From Eledone cirrhosa (Eukaryota): a DNA stretch of 64,000 nt. The position numbers were made by a program, and so were the translations under genes. The DNA is taken from positions 182,776,001-182,840,000 of the forward strand of contig OZ024742.1 in assembly GCA_964016885.1 (NCBI GenBank). The letters are read 5' to 3'. This document shows positions 12,666-24,812 of this stretch, piece by piece. Below the pieces are notes generated by a model, which ran no database searches, was not told where the DNA came from, and was given only the letters and a program-made list of their open reading frames with translations. The stretch's first letter is position 1. Each line of letters opens with the position of its first letter.

Positions 12666-13465
12666 ATATTTGTCTGTATTTTCGTTCTGCAACCATTATA
12701 TTATGGTATTTATATCCAAATGATTTTAGATGTATGTATTACCTTCTTGCCCGTCCCTCTGTTTCTCTTTCCCTGTGTCTCTCTCTCTCCTCTCTCCCTC
12801 TCTCTCTTTAGATGTGGGTGTGTGTGTAGTTTTCCTAATTTGTCTCTTTCACTCTCTGTCTCTCTAAGAGGGGTGCCTTTTGATGTATGTATTATCTGCT
12901 GTCATATAGAGAGTGAAGAGAGACAGAGAGTAAATCAGTTAAATTATAGAGAGGGTGAAAGAGGGGGAGAGAGACGACGCTCAGCTTTATAATATTAGAG
13001 AGTGAAGAGCGACAGAGAGAGTAAAGCAGTTAAATTATAGAAAGGGGGAATGATTTATTATAGAGAGAGGGAAGAGCGACGGAGAGAGTAAAGCTAAAAA
13101 ACTATAGTGAGGTGTGTAGAATACATACGTGTTGACCGAATTTATATACGACGCTCATCTCTACGGAAAGTAAAAGAGTGCTGTCATATAGAGAGTGTAG
13201 AGAGACAGAGTAAAGCAGCTAAATTATTGAGAGGGTGAAAGAGGGAGAGAGAGAGAGAGAGATGACGCTCAGCTTTATAATATTTGAGAGTGAAGAGCGA
13301 CAGAGAGAGTAAAGCAGTTAAATTATAGAGAGGGGTATTGTACTATTATAGAGAGAGGGAAGAGCGACTGAGAGATTAAAGCTAAAACACTATATGGAGA
13401 TGTGTAGGATACATACATAATACATACACACGACACTCATCTTTATAATATTATAGATATATATT

Positions 13466-13484
13466 TGTATATATATAAAATTAA

Positions 13485-13552
<68 letters not shown>

Positions 13553-14308
13553 TACCTATAGGGGTCTACATCTTACGACCGATTTTCATGAAACTTTACA
13601 GGCTCATAGATCAGTCATCGGGGAGTGTTTTCTATATATCAGCGTATCGTTTTATTTTATTCCGGGGTTATTCTGCAGATAAAAATCGATAGGGGTGTCA
13701 CCCTTTTTTAGGTATCGAAAAATAAGATTTTTGGCTCTAGCTCCCACATTTTGCCACCGTTCAAATTTTAAAGCAAAATAGAATGTATTATTGAACATCC
13801 TGTAATGGCTTTATATTTTGCATTTGTTGTTTAGGGACGGCGTCGCAGCCGCTTAAATATTCAAAAATACCACTTTTAAACTGAAATTTCCACTTTTTCG
13901 GCTCTAACTCCCACATTAATCAATCTACGTTGTTCAAATTTTACACTACGCTAGATCTGATTATTTCACGTCTTAAAGTGGCTGTACATTTTGGATTTTA
14001 TGTTCAGGAACCGTCTGGCAGGCACTTAAATATTCGAAAATACCACCTTTTCGCTCAAATTCCCGACTTTTCGGCTCTAGCTCCCACATTTTTCAACCGA
14101 TTTCGTTCAAATTCGAAACTCCCTCCCCCAGCATGCCAGTTCGTCAGTCACACGCGTTTATCAGTGATAGAGGTCATCACCACCCTCCCACGCATGGCCT
14201 GTGTGTAGCATTAGATGAGTCATCGAGAAGCAGTCGCTAAGATCAACACCTTGTCATCAAAGCAGATATTATTTTACCTACCCAGGCAACGTTGGGTACT
14301 GCTGCTAG
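13466..14308 (+). mobile_element. Non-autonomous Helitron
   Basis: 5' (T)GTATATATATAAAA followed by (GT)n; 3' hairpin cccaggcaacgttggg plus CTAG|T; inverted fragment at 14495-14555. Confidence 0.65.
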
Positions 14309-14365
14309 TATAGTATTATATATATTATATATATAGATATATATTATATATATAGATATATATTA

Positions 14366-14496
<131 letters not shown>

Positions 14497-14605
14497 GGTG
14501 GTGATAACCTCTATCACTGAGAAACGCAGGTGACTGACGAAGGGGCATGCTAGGGGTATATATATATATATATATTATATATATATATATATATATTATC
14601 TAAAT

Positions 14606-14660
<55 letters not shown>

Positions 14661-14665
<5 letters not shown>

Positions 14666-14810
14666 AAAAAAGATGAAATCGAAAATGCACCTGGAGTCTT
14701 TTTTTTTTTAAATACATATTTATTTATTTGGTTCCTTTACCGGTTTCGCAGTTCTTCTTCTTTTCAAAAGTAGAATTGAGGTCGATGGTCTGTGGTTTTT
14801 CTTACATCTT
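14661..14810 (-). mobile_element. Solo PLE pLTR copy with variant hammerhead (14734-14771)
   Basis: Reverse complement of 9165-9310; TTGAAAA core retained, stem II mutated. Confidence 0.75.
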
Positions 14811-14811
14811 T

Positions 14812-14948
14812 GACAATGCCCCGGCGTTGCTCTGGATTTGCTCTAGGGTTCTCATATATTTGATATATATTTATCCTTATCGACCCTCGTGAAATAAATA
14901 CGTTTGTTTATATTTTGTTATTGTGTATGCAAAAATATCTGTGCACGA

Positions 14949-14981
<33 letters not shown>

Positions 14982-15124
14982 TATCAGATTAAAGGTTAAG
15001 CAAAGACTCGCTGCCTTCACACTTAACGGGATCTTCTGAAACTAAAATAAAAAAAATCAATCTGTGAACACAGAAGTAAATATTTCGAAAAACGTTACAC
15101 ACTATATATATATATATACACACG

Positions 15125-15193
<69 letters not shown>

Positions 15194-15479
15194 CTACGTC
15201 ATAATGTCGTAATGCAGACAGCCAGTCATACAGACAGATATTATAAAGGCACAACGTTATATCTATGTATCTATCTAAAAAGAGAAAGAATTATATAGAG
15301 AGAAAGAGATCGCTAAATCGGCTAATGCGGTCCCTAGGGCATTGAAAACTTGAAATTGTCTGTGCTCTAAACACTCACAGAGCCTTAAGTAATACATGTG
15401 TAAAGTTTAAAAACAATCGGTTCTCGAGTTGTAGTGATCGGACAGACAGTCAGACATTTTCTGTTTTAGATATATAGAT
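14812..15479 (-). mobile_element. Non-autonomous Helitron related to the 29.4-33.2 kb element
   Basis: 15195-15479 resembles 32930-33225 and has a TC 5' end; 3' hairpin at 14818-14833. Confidence 0.55.
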
Positions 15480-15501
15480 ATATAATATATATAATATATA
15501 T

Positions 15502-15578
<77 letters not shown>

Positions 15579-15597
15579 TATAATATATATATATATA

Positions 15598-15810
15598 TGT
15601 GAAAAAAACCACAGACCCTCCATCTCAACTCGCCTTTTGAAAAGCAGAAGAACTGCGAAACCGGTAAAGGAACCAAATAAATATATATATATTTTTTTTA
15701 AAATAAGACTCCAGTTGCATTTTCGATTTCATCTCTTTTTCTTTATATTTTCACTCGTGTAGGACACCTCAGTTATTTTTCATTTTGTAAAAAAAACCTC
15801 ACTTTCTAAT
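15598..15810 (+). mobile_element. Solo PLE pLTR copy with variant hammerhead (15633-15670)
   Basis: Near-identical to 9165-9375. Confidence 0.8.
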
Positions 15811-15969
15811 ATATATATATATATATAATTGGTTATGCACGAGTGCATTAATGTTTTCCAGGACACAGTGTTATGTACCGTGTAGTGGAATGTCAGCTTA
15901 CAACAGAGTGGTGCTCAACGAAATGCAGAAAAAAGGTGTATATTCCAGTTTAGCTATATTCCGGGGCGT

Positions 15970-16375
15970 GTATAAAGAATTAAAAAGAACAGAAAGATGC
16001 AGTAAAAGAGATTTATTCGGTTCTTACGTACGTTTCAATAGACATCAATTTGCCTAGATCTCGCTACATCTATAATATTATATATTTAGTTGAGCATTCG
16101 ATATCCAATGCATAATCGATCCCATATCATCAGAGAATATGTTCTCTGATGATATGGGATCGAATATGAAACATATTCTCTGATGATATGGGATCGAATA
16201 TGAAACATATTCTCTGATGATATGGGATCGATTATGCATTGGATATCGAATGCTCTACTAAATATATAATATTATAGATGTAGCGAGATCTAGGCAAATT
16301 GATGTCTATTGAAACGTACGTAAGAACCGAATAAATCTCTTTTACTGCATCTTTCTGTTCTTTTTAATTCTTTAT
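15970..16375. repeat. Large palindrome (inverted pLTR of another PLE family) with a hammerhead in each arm and two 34-bp tandem units at the centre
   Basis: Arms about 15970-16137 and 16210-16375; TTCT-CTGATGA-long stem II-GAAA-CGTACG-TA-AGAA at 16021-16137(-) and 16210-16326(+). Confidence 0.85.
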
Positions 16376-16384
16376 ATATATATA

Positions 16385-17078
16385 TTAGAAAGTGAGGTTT
16401 TTTTGGCAAAATGAAAAGTAACCGGTGTCCTACACGAGTGAAAGTATAAAGAAAAAAAAATGAAATCGAAAATACAACTGGATTCTTATTTTTAAAAATA
16501 TATATATATTTATTTGGTCTTTTTACCGGTTTCGCAGTTCTTCTGCTTTTCAAAAGTAGAGTTGAGATGGAGGGTCTGTGCTTTTTCTCACATCTCGTTG
16601 GTCTTTGAATGTTACTTGTTTTATATGGAAAAAAGTGGATCGAAACGCCAGGTTTTTAGAGAAGTAATTTGATTGGTTGGTCAATAATTATAATATTTTT
16701 CACGTCAGTTCGCGTTACAAATTTCTTCAAACAAGGGGGGAAGCTGAGGTTGTTTTTTTATATATCAGTGTTTGAATTTCTTTTTACTTAAAAAAAGGGG
16801 CTCACGAAGGCTTTTTTTTAATAAACGTAATTTGATTGGTTATAAATGAAATTATGGCTGTCACGTGAACAAGTTTTCATTAAATTTTGCGCCCGTATTT
16901 GGAGATTTATTCTGTAGCCTTTTTAGAGAAATTTATGACAAGCAAAAGATAATGGTCAAGAGAAATGGGATGGGAGTATTGTTCTGGTTCAGTGAATATG
17001 ATTAGTTCGCTGGGGTGTCAGAATTCAGATTTTCTATTGAAATAAAGAAAGTAAAGATATGTATGTTTATTTGTGTGC

Positions 17079-17143
<65 letters not shown>

Positions 17144-19798
17144 AATTTCTTTTTACTTAAAAAAAGGGGCTCACGAAGGCTTTTTTTTAATAAACGTAAT
17201 TTGATTGGTTATAAATGAAATTATGGCTGTCACGTGAACAAGTTTTCATAAAAGTCCGCGCCCGTATTTTGAAATTTATTCTGTAGCCTTTTTAGAGAAT
17301 TTTATGACCAGCAATAGATAATGATCAAGAGAAATGGGATGGGAGAATTGTTTTGGTTCAGTGAATATGGTTAGTTCGCTGGGGTGTCAGAATTCAGATT
17401 TTCTATTGAAATAAAGAAAGTAAAGATATGTATGTTTATTTGTGTGCTTGTGTGTGTGTGTGTATAGGAAGATGATTCTATTAGTAGAAATGGGTGTTAT
17501 GTGTGTGGGAGTATGTTAAGATGGAGAGAATATATATATTTTGTGTGTGTATATATATGTGTAGGAAAGTGATTCTATTAGTAGAAATGGGGAAGGGAGT
17601 TGTGTGGGGGTGGAGGTGGGGGTTGTTATGTGTGTGTTGGAGTATGGTTAGTATGTTAAGATGAAGAGAATATATATATATATATTGTGTGTGTGTGTGT
17701 GTAGGAAAATGATTCCGTTAGTAGGAATATTTTTGAATGAACATATTTTCCTTACTTATTCGCATTTGTTCTGTTGTATTGTCAGCGCAAACGTATGTTA
17801 ATGTTTATTTAGTTCGGGTTTTTATTTTCTAAAGTAGCAGGTGTTATGTGTGTGTGTATGTGTCTGTTTGGATGGTTAGCATGTTATGGTGTTGACATAA
17901 TATTAAACCATATTTAATGCTGGTCTATATTTTTGAATAAACATATTTTCCTTATTTATTCGTATTTGTTCCGTTGTATTATCAGCGCAAAGGTAAAATG
18001 GGAAGACTTGGAATTTGGGTGTCTTATTACTTGCGCATAAGTCTAGATGTGCGCTTAGTGGTATCTGTCTCGTGGTTGGATCTCGTAATTGTTGGCGATG
18101 AACTGTCATTCTGTTTCTGAGTGTGAGTTTAGTTTGTCCTATATAATCTTCATTGCATCCTTTACATTTAATGGCATAAATTAGATTTTTTGATGAGCAA
18201 GTGAAGTGATTTTTTACAGTAAAATTTAGTCCTGATTTAAATGTATACGTGTTGCTTTCAATGAGGTGAGTGCAGGTTCCACAATTAGAGCGACCACATT
18301 TTTTGACAGTTGGTTGTGGGTTTGTGGTAGGTAATTTGGCATTGGTGAGTAATGTTTTCAGTGATTTCGGTTGTCTTTTGCTTTTGATTATTTTGTGTGT
18401 TTCAAGGGCTTTTTTTATTCTTGGGTCTTGTTTTAGTAGTGTGATGTTCTTGTGAATAGTGTTGTAAGCTTCCGCATTTCTTGGGTTGTGTGTTGAGATA
18501 TATGATAAAATATTGGACGTACCTTGAATTTGTTTCTGTTTTCGTAATTCATCAATGTCTATTGCTTTAGCCATTTCTATTCCATTATTTATTAGTAATG
18601 GTGGGTACTCTCTTTCGAGTAGAATTTCCTTTAATTCTTGAAGTCTTTTATTTCGCGTTTCATAATTGGAGACAATTGTGCAAATTCTTCTTGCTAGGTT
18701 AAAAGGAATGTTCGTCTTCGTGTGCTTTGGATGGTTGGAGGTGAATAGCAGGTATTGTTTGGAATCTGTTGGTTTGTAGTGTATGTCAGTTTCAATATTT
18801 GTGTCTTTTTTAAGATTAAGATGTCCAGAAATGGGAGTTGATCTTGGCTGTATTCCATTGTGAATTGGATGTGGTTATTGATGCCGTTTATTAAGTTTTT
18901 GAAATCCTTTAGTTGGTCGAGTGTGTGGGACCAAAGAATGAGACAATCATCCAAGTAGCGTATCCAATTCTCTGATAAATATTTGTGGAAGTTCAATCCG
19001 TATTTTGATTTGGACTGTTCATATATCTGGACTTCTAAGTGTACCGTGACTAAGTTTGCATAAGTTGGAGCGGCTTTTGTACCCATCGCAGTCCCCGATA
19101 TTTGCTTGTAAGTACTGCCATCGAAATCAAAAAAGTTGTTCTGTAAGATAAATTTTAATCCCTCGTGAGCCCCTTTCTTTTAAGTAAAAAGAAATTCAAA
19201 CACACACACACACAAGCACACAAATAAACATACATATCTTTACTTTCTTTATTTCAATAGAAAATCTGAATTCTGACACCCCAGCTAACTAACCATATTC
19301 ATTGAACCAGAACAATTCTCCCATCCCATTTCTCTTGACCATTATCTTTTGCTTGTCATAAAATTCTCTAAAAAAGGCTACAGAATAAATTTCAAAATAC
19401 GGGCGCGAAATTTAATGAAAACTTGTTCACGTGACAGCCATAATTTCATTTATAACCAATGAAATTACGTTTATTTAAAAAAGGCGTCGTGAGCTCCTTT
19501 TTTTAAGTAAAAAGAAATTCAAGCACTCATATATATGAAAAAGCAACCTGCCCCCCCCCCCTGTTTGAAGAACTTTGTAACGCGAACTAGCGCGAAATTA
19601 CTTCTCTAAAAACCTGGCGTTTGGAGCCACTTTTTTCCAAATGAAACAAGTAACATTCAAAGACCAACCAGATGTGAGAAAAAGCACAGACGCTCCATCT
19701 CAACTCACCTTTTGAAAAGCAGAAGAACTGCGAAACCGGTAAAGGGACCAAATAAATATATATAGACTCCAGGTGCATTTTGGATTTCATCTATTTTT

Positions 19799-19800
<2 letters not shown>
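16385..19800 (-). mobile_element. 5'-truncated Penelope element with 3' pLTR and inverted 5' pLTR
   Basis: Coding part 17903-19165; 19165-19800 is an inverted copy of about 16440-17170; partial tandem 16770-17100 / 17140-17460. Confidence 0.9.
17903..19165 (-). pseudogene. Penelope RT C-terminal half + GIY-YIG endonuclease, frameshifted
   Basis: MGTKAAPTYANL, WIRYLDD, LPFLDI, CGRSNCGTC, NLIYAIKCKGCNEDYIGQT..LRNRMTVH, FIQKYRPALN. Confidence 0.9.
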
Positions 19801-19838
<38 letters not shown>

Positions 19839-19936
19839 TTGCAGAACACTCACTCCCTGAAACGTAAGTAATGCACATGTGAAATTTGAAACAAATCGGT
19901 TGGTTACTTCTTTAGTTTTAGGGATTCAAACTCACA

Positions 19937-19997
<61 letters not shown>

Positions 19998-20003
19998 CCT
20001 CAG

Positions 20004-20034
<31 letters not shown>

Positions 20035-20040
20035 TAGATG

Positions 20041-20092
<52 letters not shown>

Positions 20093-20257
20093 TATATATA
20101 TAGATATATAGATAGATAGATAGATAGATAATATATATATAGATAGATAGATAGATAGATAGATAATATATATATATATATATATAGAGATAGATAGATA
20201 ATATATATATATATATAGAGAGAGAGAGATAGATAGATATATAATATATATATATAG

Positions 20258-20343
<86 letters not shown>

Positions 20344-20486
20344 ATATATAGATAGATAATATATATATATATAGATAGATATATAGATATATAGATAGAT
20401 AGATAGATAGATAGATAATATAGATAGATAGATAATATATATATAGAGATAGATAGATAGATAGATAATATATATATATAGATAGA

Positions 20487-20597
20487 TTTCTTTATTTACC
20501 ATAAAGGCATAAAAAGAAGGGACAAATACAAAGGGGGAGTTTACATATAATCGAGTAAAAAGGGTGTAACATGAAAATAATCAAAAATAACCTCAAA
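20487..20597 (-). mobile_element. 3'-terminal stub of the Tx1-like family within (GATA)n
   Basis: tttctttatttaccataaaggcataaaaagaagggacaaatacaaagggggagtttacat matches the 3' ends at 33455, 39330, 45025 and 50871. Confidence 0.8.
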
Positions 20598-20700
20598 TAT
20601 ATATATATAGATAGATAGATAGATAGATAATATAGATAGAGGGATAGATAATATATATATATATAGATAGATAGATAATATATATATATAATATATAGAT

Positions 20701-20744
<44 letters not shown>

Positions 20745-20954
20745 TATATATATATAATATATCTATATATATAGAGATAGATAGATATATATAATATATC
20801 TATATATATATAAATAGATAGATATATATAATATATAGAGATATATATATAATATATATATATAATATATATATATATAATATATATATATATATAATAT
20901 ATATATATAATATATATATATATATAGATATATATATATATATATAATATATAT

Positions 20955-23260
20955 ATAACTTTGAATAACTTTGAAATGTTTTGGCCAGTATTGGCCCAGG
21001 CCATGTCTAACTTCGCACCACCTGGCGAAGTCTTTCAATTCAGGATTTGGGCACCATGGCCCATTCGAGAAGAGAATTACTGTTTGCGGAGACATATCCG
21101 GGTGTGGGTGGTTTGTCCGGGATTACTTGGAGGAATTTGTCCAAAGACTTCTTGAATTTTGTGTGGTCAGTTTCTGTTTTGACGTGTCCTGGTGTGATGT
21201 TGAAGAAAGCAGGGCCGATTGAGGTGAAATAATTGTGCCGTATTGTTGTTATGAGTTGCGATTTAGATTTTTGTATGGGACGGATAGCACGGGGCCCAAG
21301 CCTTGGGTGTATCTTGAAGGCGATGCCAACATCATTTGGGCAGTGATGATGGAACATTTTCCACACACGCAGATAATATAACGCTCACGGCGACGTTGGA
21401 GTGAGTAAAGTTTCAGCTTTTCTAGTCGACCCCAGTAGTCAAGGTCTGACATGCCATCTTTCTTTTTCGTGATTGCCCTTTGAGGAGCTTCAAGTTTCAT
21501 GATACTTTGTTTCGTGTGGGGAGACCACAGTGGACAACAGTATTCAAGGTGTGGTCGGGCAAAAGTAGAGAAGAGAAGGATAATGGTGTGGGAATCTCTC
21601 GACTGGAAGGTTCTGAGGATCCAGGAACACATTCTGCGGGCCATGTCAACTTTGCTGCTTATATGCGTGGCCCAGCTTATGTTGCTGTCCACGGTTACTC
21701 CCAAGTCTCTGATGTTGTTAGATGCCACGAGAGTTTCCCCGGAGGGAAGGGAGTACGGGAGTTTCATAGCATCCTCTTTTCCAAAGTGGATCAGTTCGAA
21801 TTTGTCTTCGTTCAGTAACATGTTGTTCTTTTCCGCCCATTGGGTAACAGCCAGTAGGTCTGACTGAAGGCTTATCCGGTCATCCACGCCATTGATGACC
21901 TTTTGGAGCTTGGAATCATCAGCGAAAATTTTAATGTTGCTGTGTTTGATGATGTCAGTGATGTCATTAATATAGATGATGAAGAGAAGTGGGCCCAACA
22001 CAGTGCCTTGTGGGACCCCACTACTGACTTTGGCTGGGCTGGATTTGACTCCTTCAACTACAACATGTTGGGTTCTGTTTGACATGAAGCTCTTGATCCA
22101 CTGCAGCAGCTTTCCAGTGACACCAATATTGGACAGCTTTCTCAGTAGAATGTTGTGATCAACCCTGTCAAAGGCCTTGCTGAAATCAAGGTAGATAACA
22201 TCAGTGTTGGAACCCTCTCCCAAGGCTCTTAAAATGTCATCAAAGTGATGCAGTAGCTGCGTCAGGCAATCCCTTCCATTACGGAATCCATGCTGGTTGG
22301 AGTTCAGCATATTGTTACTCTCAAGGAAGTGGGCCATTCGCGATCTCACCACTCTCTCAAGTACCTTAATGATATGAGAGGTGAGTGAGATTGAACGGTA
22401 ATTCACGGCAAGGGATTTGTTTCCTTTTTTGAAAACTGGGACAACAGACTGGGATAGAAGGTTTTCTGGCACATATCCAGCATCCAGTGAGTTCCGCCAC
22501 AGATTGGCAAGAGGAGATGCAAGTTGGTGTTGACACGCCTTCAAGACACAAGCAGGGAACCTATCGGGACCTACTGCTGAATTATGCTTGATTTCCTTTA
22601 TTGCCGCTAAGACATCAGGGGCGCCAAACGTTATGTCCGATAAGGTGTAATGGGGAGTAACATCGCCGATACAGCCCAGATCGGCCATATCAGGATTGCT
22701 GAAAACAGAGCAGTATTGATTCTGCAGTATCTCACCCATGGTTTTAGCATTGTCTTGAAGAGTGCCATTTTCATCAATTAGAGGGCCAACAGTAGAGCCA
22801 GTAATTTTGTGTTTTTTTGCAAATGAAAAGAACACTTTGGGATTGAGTTTGATCTTCTCAATGGCCCAGGCCTCTTCAGCTCTTCTCTGATTGTTGATGA
22901 GGGACATTATGTTGTTTTGGAGGTTATGTTTTTTAATCTCTAGTGATGAAAAGGCAGTCAAGTTGATGTGTTGCTGCTGACAGTATTTCAGCTTGTTGAT
23001 TTTTTTGTTCGTTCTCTTAATTTTTCTGATGAGCGTTTTTCTATTTCTAGGGATTCTGCTCTTAGATTTGTTTATAGTTCTTAATGGGGTTTTTTTTGCA
23101 CATATGTTTGTAACAGTGTCCACAAATGTCTGCCAGGACTTTTTGATGTTAGTGGGTGTATGAGTGTGCGTGAAGGACCAGTCGACATGTGCAAGATCAT
23201 GACTGATCGCTTCCCAGTTTGCATTGTGGAAATCCATAGCGTCAAACGGATGGACAGGAG
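20955..23260 (-). pseudogene. 5'-truncated CR1/L2-group LINE ORF2 (reverse transcriptase)
   Basis: NYRSISLTS, QHGFRNGRDC, YLDFSKAFDRV, GVPQGTVLGPLLF, FADD, RPHLEY, LYSLQRRRER; one frameshift near 21370; short repeated 3' tail. Confidence 0.9.
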
Positions 23261-23334
23261 AGATATAATATATAGATATATATATATATATATAATATAG
23301 ATATATAATATATCGATAGATATATATAATATAT

Positions 23335-23368
<34 letters not shown>

Positions 23369-23417
23369 ATATATATATATAATATATATATATAATATAT
23401 ATATATATATAATATAT

Positions 23418-23455
<38 letters not shown>

Positions 23456-23464
23456 GATAGATAT

Positions 23465-23516
<52 letters not shown>

Positions 23517-23526
23517 TATATAATAT

Positions 23527-23593
<67 letters not shown>

Positions 23594-23595
23594 CA

Positions 23596-23656
23596 AGGGC
23601 GGTGCCCCAGCATGGCCTCAGCCGGATGGCTGAAACAGGTAAAAGAGTAAAAGAGT
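23596..23656 (+). mobile_element. SINE 3' tail fragment
   Basis: ggcggtgccccagcatggcc...gctgaaacaggtaaaagagtaaaagag; recalled as the tail of an abundant octopus SINE. Confidence 0.6.
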
Positions 23657-23797
23657 ATATATATATATATATATAATATATATATATATACATATATATA
23701 TATACATATATAATATATATATATATATATAATATATATATGTATAATATATATATATATATATATAATATATATATAATATATATATATATATAAT

Positions 23798-23844
<47 letters not shown>

Positions 23845-23928
23845 TTATATATAATAAATATATATAATATATATATATATAATATATATATATAATATAT
23901 ATATATATATAATATATATATATAATAT

Positions 23929-24062
<134 letters not shown>

Positions 24063-24550
24063 ATATATATCATATATATATATAATATATATATATATAA
24101 TATATAATATATATCATATATATATATAATATATATATATATAATATATAATATATATCATATATATATATAATATATATATATAATATATATATATATA
24201 ATATATATATATATAATATATATATATAATATATATATATAAATATATATATATATTTATATATAATATATATCATATATATATATAATATATATATATA
24301 TAATATATAATATATATCATATATATATATAATATATATATATAATATATGTAGATAAATCTACCAAGAGTTTACGGTAGTGTCCAATCCGTATGAAGAA
24401 CTCAATGTATTCCAGATATCATGGAAAGAAGAGATGTAATGAAAAATCACTTTCGGTGAAAGATAAACGGTATACAGAGTCAAGATAAAATATTAAACAA
24501 ATAATGAATAAACAATGAGACAGTTCCTTATATTAAACAAAAAAAGTTCA

Positions 24551-24696
24551 TTATTTAACGATCGTTTCTAGGATATATATGTGTTAGAATTGGCATGCAT
24601 ATTCAACAGATCTATGTACAAAATTATACAAAATTATACAAACTATCAAGATTAAATATACATACCAACACATATATACGCCGTCTTCAGAAATAA
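24551..24696 (-). ncRNA. Type I hammerhead motif with long stem II in an inverted pLTR
   Basis: TTATTT-CTGAAGA-cggcgTATATATGTGTTGG...CTAACACATATATAtccta-GAAA-CGATCG-TT-AAATAA; part of palindrome 24591-24809. Confidence 0.75.
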
Positions 24697-24812
24697 TAGT
24701 AAATTATTTCTGAAGACGGCGTATATATGTGTTGGTATGTATATTTAATCTTGATAGTTTGTATAATTTTGTATAATTTTGTACATAGATCTGTTGAATA
24801 TGCATGCCATAG

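Larger units (their letters stand above)
9721..13457 (-). mobile_element. Probable non-autonomous Helitron with nested insertions and internal GA-rich repeats
   Basis: 5' end TCTATAATATTATAAAG at 13457; 3' hairpin ccgagcgccagccggg plus CTAT at 9721; gagagtgaagagcgacagagagagtaaagcag shared by about 10027, 12998 and 13286. Confidence 0.5.

Noticed and set aside
16142-16230. 34-bp direct repeats as a CRISPR-like array
   Set aside because: No unique spacers, eukaryotic context, no cas genes.
21249-23834. 861-aa ORF as a full protein
   Set aside because: The first ~190 aa are microsatellite and SINE read-through; only the truncated LINE RT part is real.
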